From: an uncultured Actinomycetes bacterium
GTDB taxonomy: Bacteria > SZUA-79 > Acidulodesulfobacterales > Acidulodesulfobacteraceae
Direction of reading: 5' to 3'
NCBI GenBank assembly: GCA_964631685.1
Contig: CAZVZU010000001.1
Coordinates: 64,001-128,000, forward strand
DNA length: 64,000 nucleotides
Shown here: positions 9,746 to 19,824 of the stretch, one piece after another
How the letters are laid out: each line of letters begins with the position of its first letter
Numbering within the stretch: the first letter of the stretch is position 1
The notes under the pieces: model-generated
Told to the model about the DNA's origin: nothing
Databases searched by the model: none
What the model saw: only the letters and a program-made list of their open reading frames with translations
Translations under genes and position numbers: made by a program

Positions 9746-10934
9746 AAGATGGTAAAAATACGCTTATTTTAGCGCCTCCAGTTTGAGGGGAATTTTCGGC
9801 ATTAATGTAGCCTCCATGAATTATGACATTATTTAACGCGATAGATAGCCCTAAGCCTGTACCCCCGCTTTTTTTGGTCGAAAAAAAAGGGTTAAAGATA
9901 TTTTGTATCACGTCTTTTGAAAATCCTGTTCCGTTATCTATAAAGTCTATGCAGATATAACCTTTTCCGCCGTTTTTTGCATTTCCGCTGACAAGCCGCG
10001 AAATGATTTTTATTACCCCTTCATCTTTAGGAACGGCGTAGGCAGCATTGATCAATATATTCAAGAATGCTCTGCTCAACAAGTTTTCGTCAGCATCAAC
10101 AATTAAGTCATCTTTTATTTTTTTGATAATTTTAATATTTTTTTGTTTCACTAGATGTGATGCAAAGATAATAGATTTGTCGATAATTTCTAGCAAATCA
10201 TGCTGCGTGGCGTTGGGGTTTAATGTTTTAGAAAATTCTAATATATTTGTTATGACTGTGTTCATATTTTTGACGGCGGATGTAATGTTGAAAATAATTT
10301 CTTTATGACCGCTGTTTTTTAACTCCTTTTGTAATATAGAGGCAAACAAATCAATAGAACCGAGCGGATTTCTTATCTCATGAGCAATTTTTGCGGACAT
10401 TTCACCTAATTCCGCCAGTCTTTTAAACTTTTTTATTTCTTCTATATTCTGAAAGATAAAAATTCTTCCGGAATATTTTTTGTTATTTCCGTAGATGGCC
10501 TTCGTGTATAAAAACACATGGATATATTTTTCGGGCCCTATCTGCATTATTTTTTCTATTGGATTAAAAATAGGTTTTATAAAGTCCGTTGTTTTAGAGT
10601 TACCAAAAAAAATATTTATAAAATTTTCGATATCATTACTTAGGTAGTTTACCAGATTGTACTCTGGCATAAGCTCTGTTAAAAATTTGTTGATAAATTT
10701 AATCCTGTTTTTTTTATCAGTAATAATTATTCCGAGGGGTAGGCTCTCTAGGACGGTATTAAGATTTTCTTTTAAATCCTTAACTTCTTCCTCTAGGTTC
10801 TTGTATTGTTCCGAAAGCTTTTTAGATGCTATTTCGAATGATTTAAATGCTGCTTTCAACTCGTTTTTGTCAGAAAACGAGTTAGTAGCATCGGTAATCT
10901 TAATATCCCTATTCATAACATAAAATTCTATCAC
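9738..10934 (-). CDS. Cytoplasmic PAS sensor histidine kinase, FleS/FlrB/FlgS-like
   Basis: N-terminal coiled coil (AAFKSFEIASKKLSEQYKNLEEEV), PAS-like segment, H-box AHEIRNPLGSI, N box, DNGTG and GTGLGL. No TM helix. Confidence 0.88.
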   Translation of the reverse strand: MIEFYVMNRDIKITDATNSFSDKNELKAAFKSFEIASKKLSEQYKNLEEEVKDLKENLNTVLESLPLGIIITDKKNRIKFINKFLTELMPEYNLVNYLSNDIENFINIFFGNSKTTDFIKPIFNPIEKIMQIGPEKYIHVFLYTKAIYGNNKKYSGRIFIFQNIEEIKKFKRLAELGEMSAKIAHEIRNPLGSIDLFASILQKELKNSGHKEIIFNITSAVKNMNTVITNILEFSKTLNPNATQHDLLEIIDKSIIFASHLVKQKNIKIIKKIKDDLIVDADENLLSRAFLNILINAAYAVPKDEGVIKIISRLVSGNAKNGGKGYICIDFIDNGTGFSKDVIQNIFNPFFSTKKSGGTGLGLSIALNNVIIHGGYINAENSPQTGGAKISVFLPSLA

Positions 10935-11011
10935 AAAAATGAAAAATGGTATAATAAAATTCTGTTTTTATTATTTGTACTAATATCACATTCAGGGGGA
11001 GATACGAAGGA

Positions 11012-12451
11012 ATGTCGCAGGATAAAATATTAATAGTGGACGACGACACGCACATGCGTTCGGCATTAAATTTAAGTTTAAGAAAGATCAATAAAGAAGG
11101 AAAAATATTTTCATCTGCCGAAGACGCCTTGAGTTTCATAATGTTATCTGCCAAGGTGGATAAGAAACAACCTTTTTTTCTCATTATCAGTGATTTAAAT
11201 CTTCCAGGTATTGACGGAATAGCCTTTTTGCAAGAGATAAAAAAAATAGAAAATTATAAAAATATTCCATTTATTATCATTACCGCGTATGGGACGATAG
11301 AGAGCGCTGTCTCGGCTATGAAATTAGGGGCAACCGATTACCTTTTGAAGCCATTTAATATAACGGATTTAGAAAGGGTAATTAAAAATGCGGAAAAAAT
11401 TTCCCGATTTATGACCAGGGAAATTAAGAATACGGAAATATTGACCGACAGTAAGGATAAAACAACTCTTATTTACGGGTCGGACAAAATGAAGCAAATA
11501 GATTCCTTTATAAATGTAACAGCGGCAACGGATGCTACGGTTTTAATAACAGGGGAATCAGGAACCGGTAAGGAAGTTGTGGCAAGAAGAATTCATGAAC
11601 TCAGTAAAAGAAAGGGAAAATTTATCGGTGTAAATTGCTCAGCTATTGTACCTACTCTTTTAGAGAGCGAGTTATTTGGATATGAGAAGGGCGCTTTTAC
11701 TGGCGCAACAACCAAAAAAATAGGGAAATTTGAACTCGCACATAACGGAACTATACTACTCGATGAAATAGCCGACATGGATAAGAATCTTCAGTCAAAA
11801 ATACTAAGGACACTGCAAGAAAGGGTTATAGATAGGGTTGGCGGAGATGAACCGGTGAGCGTTAATGCCAGGGTTATAGCGGCGACAAATAGGGATATTG
11901 AAAAAATGATATCCAAGGGAACCTTTAGGGATGACCTTTTTTATAGAATAAATGTACTTCCAATACACTTGCTACCTTTAAGAGAAAGAAAAGAGGATAT
12001 CTTGCCTCTTGTAAAATATTTTATGAAAAAATATGCAAAAAAATATTTTAGAAATTGTTCCGAAATCACCCGTGATGCCATAGATTATCTAATCTCTTTA
12101 AACTACCCCGGAAACATCAGGGAGCTTGAAAATATAACAGAAAGAGCCGTAATTTTATCTCAAAATAGTGAATTCCTAGATGTTATTGATTTTACTAGGC
12201 TTGACGGTGGTATAAATGCTCCCTTAAACATTTTTCACGACGAGTCAATGCTTTCGGAAAATCGCGTTGTAACCGATAGTTCAGTGGAGAGCGAAATGAA
12301 AATATTGAATATTAAAGATATGGAAGAGAAATTGATTGCCGCCGCCCTGAAAGATACAAACGGAAATAGAACAAAAGCTGCAGAAAAATTAGGCATTACC
12401 GCAAGAACGCTAAGGAATAAATTAAAAGAATTTACTATAAAAGATTATTAA
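11012..12451 (+). CDS. Sigma54-dependent response regulator, FleR/FlrC/FlgR-like
   Basis: Intact REC (ILIVDDD, ISDLNLPG, TAYG, KPF), GESGTGKE, GAFTGA and HTH (GNRTKAAEKLGITARTLRNKL). Confidence 0.9.
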   Translation: MSQDKILIVDDDTHMRSALNLSLRKINKEGKIFSSAEDALSFIMLSAKVDKKQPFFLIISDLNLPGIDGIAFLQEIKKIENYKNIPFIIITAYGTIESAVSAMKLGATDYLLKPFNITDLERVIKNAEKISRFMTREIKNTEILTDSKDKTTLIYGSDKMKQIDSFINVTAATDATVLITGESGTGKEVVARRIHELSKRKGKFIGVNCSAIVPTLLESELFGYEKGAFTGATTKKIGKFELAHNGTILLDEIADMDKNLQSKILRTLQERVIDRVGGDEPVSVNARVIAATNRDIEKMISKGTFRDDLFYRINVLPIHLLPLRERKEDILPLVKYFMKKYAKKYFRNCSEITRDAIDYLISLNYPGNIRELENITERAVILSQNSEFLDVIDFTRLDGGINAPLNIFHDESMLSENRVVTDSSVESEMKILNIKDMEEKLIAAALKDTNGNRTKAAEKLGITARTLRNKLKEFTIKDY

Positions 12452-12484
12452 TAGATTATAGCTATCTGCATACTTATAAAATTT

Positions 12485-12499
12485 TGGCATGGTACTTGC
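12485..12499 (+). promoter_or_regulatory. Sigma54 promoter for flgD-flgE-fliK-fliJ-motE
   Basis: TGGCATGGTACTTGC in the intergenic region upstream of flgD. Confidence 0.8.
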
Positions 12500-12600
12500 G
12501 AGTGTATATACAAAGTTGTTTTGAGGCGGAAAAAATTTCCTAATTTTTATTTTTTGAAGCCTTTAAGATTGCAAAGATGAATATAACAGGGAGGCAAGAT

Positions 12601-13290
12601 ATGTCCGTAAGTCAACTTTTTAACCAGGTGGCTTCTGTGGCTAAGACTGTAGTTGGCGTGGCTAAGACTGCAGTTTCTGTCGGTTCAAGTAGCCTGATAA
12701 GTGAGAATACATTTATGAAGCTGATGGTCCAGGAGCTTCAAAATCAAAATCCATTGGAACCGATGTCTAATGCAAATTTTATTGCCGAGCTTGCTCAGTT
12801 TAATTCTATGAATCAGTTGACGTCCATGGGGTCTACGCTTAAAAATCTTGTATCTTCCCAAAATCAGGCGGCTCTGGGCAATGCAGTAAATCTTATTGGT
12901 AAGTCGGTCCAAGCAAGTGGTAACTCTTTTGGATTTACCGATGGAGGTAGTGCATCTTTGAAATATTCTTTGCCGCAAAATGCTACTTCTGTGCTGGTAG
13001 ATGTCTATAATGGTTCCGGAAATCTTATTTATAACACAAGATTAGATCACCAATATGCGGGAGGGCAATCATTTAATTGGGACGGGCTTACGAATAGTGG
13101 CGCATCTGCGCCGACAGGGAAGTATTCCTTTTCGGTTAGTGCGACGGATGCATCCGGTCATCCCATTACCGTGGCTACTTATTCCAATGCTACCGTTAAG
13201 GCGCTGACCACGGCACATAACGGTTCTGTGGGGCTTGAACTAAGCAACGGTTCGACTGTTCCGCTCTCTAGTGTGACCAATGTTTATTAG
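12601..13290 (+). CDS. flgD: Flagellar hook capping protein FlgD
   Basis: FMKLMVQELQNQNPLEPM, FIAELAQF and FNWDG. ATG at 12601 follows GGAGG; alternative start at 12577. Confidence 0.95.
   Translation: MSVSQLFNQVASVAKTVVGVAKTAVSVGSSSLISENTFMKLMVQELQNQNPLEPMSNANFIAELAQFNSMNQLTSMGSTLKNLVSSQNQAALGNAVNLIGKSVQASGNSFGFTDGGSASLKYSLPQNATSVLVDVYNGSGNLIYNTRLDHQYAGGQSFNWDGLTNSGASAPTGKYSFSVSATDASGHPITVATYSNATVKALTTAHNGSVGLELSNGSTVPLSSVTNVY
12637..12678 (+). repeat. 21-bp in-frame tandem duplication in the flgD 5' end (VAKTVVG/VAKTAVS)
   Basis: gtggctaagactgtagttggc followed by gtggctaagactgcagtttct. Confidence 0.7.
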
Positions 13291-13359
13291 ATACTTGTCG
13301 TATGTTTTATATATGCTAGGATATAAAAATAGGTTATAAATTACGGAGGGATATAAAAA

Positions 13360-15126
13360 ATGGGTGCAAATGCTCTTTTTACTGCAGTATCAGGCTTGAA
13401 TGCCAATCAAACATACCTTGGAGTTATAGGTAATAACATAGCAAATTCCAATACTATAGGCTTTAAAACCTCAGACCCGATTTTCCAGAATCTTGTAAGT
13501 CAGACATTAAGCGGTACATCGAGTTCGCAGGAGGGTCTTGGAACGAGTGTCTATTCTATTCAGCAGCAGTTTAATCAGGGTGCATTGCAGACGACATCAA
13601 ATCCCTTAAACATGGCGATTGACGGCTCAGGTTTTTTTATAGTTCAGGCGCTCAACGGTGCTACTTATTATACCAGGAATGGTCAGTTTAGCGAAAATGC
13701 AAAGGGAGAAATAGTTGATTCAACAGGGCAAAATGTTGTTCAGGGTTATTCCTTAAATGCTCAAGGGGTTGCTACATCTGGTACGCCGCAACCTATAAGC
13801 CTGACAACAGCTGCGATACCTCCGCTTGCCACGACCACAGCTACTATTACGGCAAATCTTAATTCTAATATATCGCCGCAGACCACTCCTACGACAACAA
13901 CGGGAACCTTTATGGGTGGATATCTTACTCAATCTGCTACAGTAGGCGCTAAAACTATTAATGTCAAAATGACATATGGCGGTGTTACTGGTAATGCGCC
14001 GACGTCTATACTTATAGGTAACGGTGACGGGACCACAAACTTATACACGGTTACTTCTTATACTACCGGTGGGGGAACATATACTCCGACGACTTTGCCG
14101 TCCGGTTCGGTTGTAACTTCCGTTACACTGTCATCTCCATTAACATCTTCCGTTCTTCAAAATACCGCTGTTTCGCAAAATAATCTTGGTCTTAGCAATA
14201 CAGCTGGTATATTGGCAGGTTCGGATGTTCAGATAAATACAGGTGGAACGGCTGCATCCGGAACTGTTGACCCATACCAATTTATTAATATGGTTGCAAG
14301 TGTAAATTCCAACAATACTGTAAACCTTTCAAATGCAATGCCGATTCCGTCCGGTGGTTCATTCACAGCAGGCGGTGGTGTTATTGCCGGTCCGGCAAAC
14401 GATTATTATTCTACTACCATAAATGTTTATGACTCTTTAGGGAATTCTATTCCAATGACGGTTACATTTGCTCCGTCGGCATCTACATCTGGAAATTGGA
14501 ATATTTATTATACTCTTAACGGGACTGCTGCACAGAGGCAGTCGTTAGCTTCTACGACCCCTGACGTTACTTTTAACTCTAACGGTCAGGTTACGGCGGG
14601 GACATCACAAACATTGACGGATGTTCCGGCTTATGTGGGGTTACCGACGCCTACGACTCTTCCCGATGGTGCAACAGAGCCCTTGAATGTTGCCCTAAAT
14701 CTTAATAATGTTACTCAATATGCAGCCAAGTCAGCTACGACGGCATTTATTCAAAATGGTTACTCTACAGGGACTCTTACGAGTTTTACCGTTGACAAAA
14801 GCGGAAGGGTTTCCGGGCTTTTCTCAAACGGACAGACAAAATATTTATATCAGGTAGCTTTAGCAAATTTTATAGCTCCGACAGGGCTTGTTTCTGAGGG
14901 TAATAGTCTTTACGCAGAAAGTTATGAATCCGGACAGCCTGCTATGGGCGTTGCAAACTCCGGAAATTTTGGCTACATTACTGATTCAGCATTGGAACAG
15001 TCTAATGTTAATATTTCCTCTGAATTTACGGATATGATAATCGCGCAGAATGCCTATGTAGCTAATTCTAAGGTGCTGACTACGGAAAATTCCGTGCTGA
15101 GAGCACTTGAAACCGCTATTCCATAA
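13360..15126 (+). CDS. flgE: Flagellar hook protein FlgE (588 aa, with insertion)
   Basis: SGL..VIGNNIANSNTIGFK, YTRNGQF, VYDSLGN and ALEQSNVNISSEFTDMIIAQNAY. Confidence 0.96.
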   Translation: MGANALFTAVSGLNANQTYLGVIGNNIANSNTIGFKTSDPIFQNLVSQTLSGTSSSQEGLGTSVYSIQQQFNQGALQTTSNPLNMAIDGSGFFIVQALNGATYYTRNGQFSENAKGEIVDSTGQNVVQGYSLNAQGVATSGTPQPISLTTAAIPPLATTTATITANLNSNISPQTTPTTTTGTFMGGYLTQSATVGAKTINVKMTYGGVTGNAPTSILIGNGDGTTNLYTVTSYTTGGGTYTPTTLPSGSVVTSVTLSSPLTSSVLQNTAVSQNNLGLSNTAGILAGSDVQINTGGTAASGTVDPYQFINMVASVNSNNTVNLSNAMPIPSGGSFTAGGGVIAGPANDYYSTTINVYDSLGNSIPMTVTFAPSASTSGNWNIYYTLNGTAAQRQSLASTTPDVTFNSNGQVTAGTSQTLTDVPAYVGLPTPTTLPDGATEPLNVALNLNNVTQYAAKSATTAFIQNGYSTGTLTSFTVDKSGRVSGLFSNGQTKYLYQVALANFIAPTGLVSEGNSLYAESYESGQPAMGVANSGNFGYITDSALEQSNVNISSEFTDMIIAQNAYVANSKVLTTENSVLRALETAIP

Positions 15127-15158
15127 TTTGTTAACATACTATAAACTAATTAAATTAA

Positions 15159-16538
15159 ATGGCGATGTTAAATAATTTTTCGATGAAGTTTGTCGGCGGT
15201 AGAGCCGATGCGCATACAGGTGCTTTTCCGGCCAATAGGGTGGTGAGCCCTGATTCTGCCAGCCGGTCTTCGGCTACCGGAATAAAAAAGCATGTTTCTT
15301 CGGAATTAAAACATTCCCATGTTCACAGTGAAAATTTTAAGACTGCACTAAATCAAGCATCTAATAATGTGTCTTTACCAAAACAAAATGTAAGTTCAAA
15401 AAATAAGACGCATAAGGACAATAAGGGTGATAAAAAAAATGATGGTTTGGGTCTTGTTTTGTACGCAAATATGCATTTGCGTACAAACGAGAAACAGACC
15501 ATCATAGGCTCTTCTTCGACGAATGGTGGTAATATCTCTAAAAATGACGCCAGTGATAAAAAAGGTGTCAAGAAGAATAATCTTAAGGGAGATATGAAAA
15601 ATAAGAAGCCAGACAAACATGCAGACGATAATTTGCTGGATAAAAATACAATTAAAAATGAAATTACAGTAATAAACACGATTAAATCAAATTTACATTC
15701 CTTTTCCGAAATAGATAGCAACAAACGGTCAAAAGGTGTTTTGGTTGATCAATTGAATAAGGCTCGCATAATATCAAAACATAAAGATGTATCAGATTTG
15801 AAATCTGGCAAAGCGGTCAACAAGGGTAGTATTAAGGGTAAATCTAATCTTGTCGTTGCAATGAATTTTGCACTTCACAATTATGAAAAAAGGTCGAATT
15901 TGGCTCATTCTCACACTAAAACTGCAAACAGTTTTGCTATAACTAAAGGTATGAATTTTTTAAGTAATAGTAGTGTTTTACATTCAACTTTAGGCAATTT
16001 AAATGTAAAACACGTAGGACAGAATATCGCTAGCGGGCAAATGAGTAATTTTATTCCTGAAAACAGTGAATCGTCGGGAGCGATTACCGTAAATTCTGTT
16101 ATGTTCATGATTAAAAAAAATATTCAGTCAGCCGTTATAACGCTGAAGCCACCCTCATTAGGACATGTTAAAGTTGAAATAGCAATGGAAAATGTGACAT
16201 CTAATCTTAATGACGGTGTTAATAAAGGAAAAACAATTACAATTAATATGCTTGCTCAAAATGATGCTGCAAAGAATATACTTCAATCATCGTCGCCTAA
16301 TCTTCAAAATACATTAAAGGGGCAGGGGTTTTCCTCAGTTAATTTAAATATCAATCTAAGCTCCGGCGGAAATGATCAGGGTCGTGGCAATAACTCTGGT
16401 GTGAATAAAAATACGTTTACAAATTTTGGTGGCGGTTTGCATAACACAGATAAAGACGGTATTGTTGGTTCCTCTTCGGTTGCAAATATGCAGCGTTATA
16501 TTTATAATCCTCTCGCAATAGTGGACTATTTTGTTTAA
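15159..16538 (+). CDS. fliK: Flagellar hook-length control protein FliK
   Basis: Low-complexity N-terminal region, C-terminal AVITLKPPSLGHVKVEI...LQNTLKGQG and a terminal VDYFV motif. Confidence 0.85.
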   Translation: MAMLNNFSMKFVGGRADAHTGAFPANRVVSPDSASRSSATGIKKHVSSELKHSHVHSENFKTALNQASNNVSLPKQNVSSKNKTHKDNKGDKKNDGLGLVLYANMHLRTNEKQTIIGSSSTNGGNISKNDASDKKGVKKNNLKGDMKNKKPDKHADDNLLDKNTIKNEITVINTIKSNLHSFSEIDSNKRSKGVLVDQLNKARIISKHKDVSDLKSGKAVNKGSIKGKSNLVVAMNFALHNYEKRSNLAHSHTKTANSFAITKGMNFLSNSSVLHSTLGNLNVKHVGQNIASGQMSNFIPENSESSGAITVNSVMFMIKKNIQSAVITLKPPSLGHVKVEIAMENVTSNLNDGVNKGKTITINMLAQNDAAKNILQSSSPNLQNTLKGQGFSSVNLNINLSSGGNDQGRGNNSGVNKNTFTNFGGGLHNTDKDGIVGSSSVANMQRYIYNPLAIVDYFV

Positions 16539-16554
16539 TAAGGTTTATTAAATT

Positions 16555-16992
16555 ATGACGTTCAAATTTCAAAATATATTAAATCATAGAAAGTTAATAT
16601 TAGACGGACACTTTATAGAATTATCAAAAATTCAGGATAAGTTAATAAAGATAAATTCAAAAATGGACAGTGTTGACAATTCTATAAATTATTACAAAGA
16701 AACCTTCTTAGAAAATACTTTAAATCTTACAAATATCAGGGATTACAACTTATTAGATGGCAGATACAAAGCCCTCTTGACTAAGATGGATAGCTTATTA
16801 AAAACGAAAGACTCTGTTTTGAAAGAGTTAGAGGATAAAAAAGTTCAGATTGTTAGGTCTAAAATGGAGTATGAAAAAATAGATAAGCTTAGAGAGAAGT
16901 ATCTCGCCATTGATAAGATAGCAGAATTAAAACGCGACGAAGCCATTGCAAACGATTTTGCCTCAAACCGTTTTAATCGGAACGAATATTAG
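16555..16992 (+). CDS. fliJ: Flagellar export protein FliJ
   Basis: 145 aa coiled coil with FKFQNILNHR start and EKIDKLREK..E..RDE end. Confidence 0.8.
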   Translation: MTFKFQNILNHRKLILDGHFIELSKIQDKLIKINSKMDSVDNSINYYKETFLENTLNLTNIRDYNLLDGRYKALLTKMDSLLKTKDSVLKELEDKKVQIVRSKMEYEKIDKLREKYLAIDKIAELKRDEAIANDFASNRFNRNEY

Positions 16993-17042
16993 CTTTTTAC
17001 TGTTATTTATAATCTAAAAATAATATTATAAGTCTTCTTACT

Positions 17043-17426
17043 ATGGTTAAAGTTTTACGTCTCGTGTTTATAATGTTTATCATGTTATCTATAGTGCCGG
17101 TCAACGTTTTTGCCTCTGGGGTAAGCACTAAAAAAGATGAGATTAAAATTCTCGAAAAACAGATAAAGCTAGAGGTGGGCAAGTTAAAGAATATCGAATC
17201 CAAAATTAGCCATATAAAAACTGAGCAAAAGGCCAAGGTTAAGGGTCTCGTGATTCTGTATGCATCTATGGACCCAAAGAGCGCCGCCAATATTATACCA
17301 CGCATTAACAAAGGTGTTGCCGTATATATTCTTTCCCATATGTCTCCGAGATCTGCCTCGGCGATTATTTCCATGATGTCCGTCAAAAACGCGGTATTTT
17401 TTACAAATAGTATAGCTGGAAAATAA
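17043..17426 (+). CDS. MotE/YlxF-family periplasmic protein (MgtE_N-like)
   Basis: Signal peptide, coiled coil, then LYASMDPKSAANII...ILSHMSPRSASAII. Follows fliJ, as is usual for this family. Confidence 0.75.
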   Translation: MVKVLRLVFIMFIMLSIVPVNVFASGVSTKKDEIKILEKQIKLEVGKLKNIESKISHIKTEQKAKVKGLVILYASMDPKSAANIIPRINKGVAVYILSHMSPRSASAIISMMSVKNAVFFTNSIAGK

Positions 17427-17437
17427 AATAATCCCTA

Positions 17438-17455
17438 CCGTCATAATAATGACGG
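17438..17455 (+). promoter_or_regulatory. Perfect inverted repeat, candidate enhancer-binding-protein site (FleQ-box-like)
   Basis: CCGTCAT-AATA-ATGACGG about 67 bp upstream of the fliL sigma54 promoter, with no U-tract after it. Confidence 0.5.
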
Positions 17456-17521
17456 CGCATAAATATCGCTCATACCCCCTATCTTATTGGAATTAGGACG
17501 AAATTATTGTAAAATCATGAA

Positions 17522-17536
17522 TGGCATGAACATTGC
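17522..17536 (+). promoter_or_regulatory. Sigma54 promoter for the fliL...fliA...che operon
   Basis: TGGCATGAACATTGC about 105 bp upstream of fliL. Confidence 0.8.
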
Positions 17537-17642
17537 TTGTATATTAACCAATGTGTGTTGTGTAAGGTTGATTGCACAAATAAATACAATAGATGAGAGG
17601 TGCATATGTCAAAGTTAATTATGTTAAGAGGTATGGTGAACA

Positions 17643-18197
17643 ATGGCTAAAAGAGCAGACAACGGACAGCTTAATATTGATAAAGACGGGGAAAATATTG
17701 ACGAAGATGATGCGGCAACTATTTCTCAGATGGGGTCGGTAGGTAAAAAAAGTGGTGGCTCCAAGAAACTTCTTGTAATGGTAATATCGACACTTATTGC
17801 GGGAGGAGGAGGGTTCGCGGGTTATCATTTTTTGTCTGCTAAAAACAAGACAAATAAAAAAACAGGAGAGGTAGTTGTTAAATCGCGAATCGCACCTGGC
17901 CATATGGTTGAACTTAAACCGTTTTTGACTAACCTTGCTGATAAAGATAGGACAGCTTATATAAAGGTTACGATGGTTATAGAACTCAGGCGTGGTGGGA
18001 ATGTTCCTCTTTTTAAACGGCTTACGCCGGAGATTAGGAACAATATAATTATGATTTTAAATTCCAAAACAACGGCCGGAATTAACACTCCCGACGGTAT
18101 AGTCTCTTTAAGGCATGAAATTGCAAGAGGTCTAAATAGAATTCTTGGAGCCGGTGCGGTTGTTGATGTTTATTTTAATAACTATTTAGTTCAATAA
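17643..18197 (+). CDS. fliL: Flagellar basal body-associated protein FliL
   Basis: Single TM, then PFLTNLAD, PEIRNNII and VDVYFNNYLVQ. Confidence 0.93.
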   Translation: MAKRADNGQLNIDKDGENIDEDDAATISQMGSVGKKSGGSKKLLVMVISTLIAGGGGFAGYHFLSAKNKTNKKTGEVVVKSRIAPGHMVELKPFLTNLADKDRTAYIKVTMVIELRRGGNVPLFKRLTPEIRNNIIMILNSKTTAGINTPDGIVSLRHEIARGLNRILGAGAVVDVYFNNYLVQ

Positions 18198-18212
18198 AAT
18201 TGTGAATGAAAA

Positions 18213-19202
18213 ATGCCTGAAATTTTATCTCAAGAAGAAGTAAATGCTCTGCTTAAAGGGGTGTCCTCCGGTTCCATAGAAACAGAGGCAAAGGATGAAG
18301 TTGGGGAAGTCAGGCGATATGATATAACCTCGCAGGATAGGATTGTTAGGGGCAGAATGCCTACCTTAGAGATAATGAACGAGAGATTTGCCCGCCTTCT
18401 CAGAAACGAATTGACATCGTCACTGCGCAAGGTTGCCGAGATTACGGCAACCTCGGTAGATATGCAGAAGTTTGGGGAGTTCTTGAAGAATATTCCGCTT
18501 CCTACAAGTTTAACAATATTCAAGATGCCGCCACTTAGGGGCTATGGAATTTTTGTTCTTGATGCAAGATTAATATATAATTTGATTGATATTTTTTTTG
18601 GCGGAACTGCCGATTTGCATGTCAAGATAGAAGGTAGGGATTTTTCCCCAATAGAAAATAAGATAATCAGAAAAATAATAAACATGGCCTTCGATGCGAT
18701 GAATAAGGCATGGATGCCCGTTTCGCCCGTTGATGTAGAATTTCAAAGAAGCGAAATAAATCCTCAATTTGCAACGATTGTAACACCTACGGAGGTTGTT
18801 ATAGTCAATAGATTCGAGGTGGATATAGAGGGCGCAGTATCTAGATTTATGATTTGTATTCCGTATTCTATGATTGAACCTATAAAGGAAAAATTGTACA
18901 GCGGTTTTCAAAGCGAACATTTGGAAGTGGATCAAAGATGGATTGAAAGGTTCAAAGAAAGACTTAAGGAATCGGAACTTGACATTAGTGTCGAATTAGG
19001 TAAGGCTGAGATAAAGGCAAAAGATTTTTTGAAGATAAAAATAGGAGATGTTATTGTTTTGGATAAAGAAATAGACGAGCCGTTGGTTGTGGAATTTGAA
19101 AACATTCCCAAATTTGTGGCTTATCCAGGAAGAGTAGATAATCAAATTGCGGTAAAATTAATATCCGATATACCGGTTGGCAAAGAGGGCTATTATGAGT
19201 GA
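18213..19202 (+). CDS. fliM: Flagellar motor switch protein FliM
   Basis: CheY-binding [31 protein letters not shown] and a SpoA C-terminus. Confidence 0.97.
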   Translation: MPEILSQEEVNALLKGVSSGSIETEAKDEVGEVRRYDITSQDRIVRGRMPTLEIMNERFARLLRNELTSSLRKVAEITATSVDMQKFGEFLKNIPLPTSLTIFKMPPLRGYGIFVLDARLIYNLIDIFFGGTADLHVKIEGRDFSPIENKIIRKIINMAFDAMNKAWMPVSPVDVEFQRSEINPQFATIVTPTEVVIVNRFEVDIEGAVSRFMICIPYSMIEPIKEKLYSGFQSEHLEVDQRWIERFKERLKESELDISVELGKAEIKAKDFLKIKIGDVIVLDKEIDEPLVVEFENIPKFVAYPGRVDNQIAVKLISDIPVGKEGYYE

Positions 19203-19824
19203 AATTGAAACAGATGAGAAAATTAATAATCCTGAGCAGCATGAAAAAGTTACACAAGATGTTCAATCTCAACAGGATACGGAGGCTCAAAAAGATATTC
19301 AGTCTCAAGGGGATGAAAATGAAGACCCCAAAGAGCATGACGATGGTGGTATTAGTTGGGATGATGCTTTTAAGGAGGAAGCCGATGCTGATAAGGTACC
19401 GGAAAAAGATTCTTCCACGGCCGTCGAAACAAAAAAACAGAATGAGGATAATTTAACTTCTAAGGTTGAAGAATCCACCGAAATCCCAAAAGATAAAAGC
19501 GCAAAGAAGCCTGTTACGAAGGTGGAGTTTTCCCAATTTGATGAATCGGACAAGACAACAGAAGCACCTAAAAATCTAGATTTCATTCTTGATATTCCGC
19601 TCACTATATCGGTTGAACTAGGCAGGACAAAGATGGTTATAAACGATATGCTTCAATTAGGACAGGGCTCAGTGATAGAGCTTGAGAAATTAGCCGGAGA
19701 ACCGCTTGATGTTTATGTTAATGGTAAATTAATGGCGCGGGGAGAGGTCGTTCTGGTAAACGATAAATTTGGTGTTCGGCTTACCGATATTATTAGTCCC
19801 GCAGAGAGAATTAAAAGATTATGA
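19195..19824 (+). CDS. fliN: Flagellar motor switch protein FliN with acidic N-terminal extension
   Basis: [18 protein letters not shown]...[20 protein letters not shown] at 19195 overlaps the fliM stop. Confidence 0.95.
   Translation: MSEIETDEKINNPEQHEKVTQDVQSQQDTEAQKDIQSQGDENEDPKEHDDGGISWDDAFKEEADADKVPEKDSSTAVETKKQNEDNLTSKVEESTEIPKDKSAKKPVTKVEFSQFDESDKTTEAPKNLDFILDIPLTISVELGRTKMVINDMLQLGQGSVIELEKLAGEPLDVYVNGKLMARGEVVLVNDKFGVRLTDIISPAERIKRL
19255..19308 (+). repeat. Degenerate 18-bp triple repeat in the fliN linker ([18 protein letters not shown])
   Basis: caagatgttcaatctcaa, caggatacggaggctcaa, aaagatattcagtctcaa. Confidence 0.55.

Noticed and set aside
12577..15126. Visibly higher GC in flgD, flgE and flgG as a sign of horizontal transfer
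   Set aside because: It is explainable by Gly/Ala/Thr/Ser-rich composition, and no mobility signatures flank the genes.
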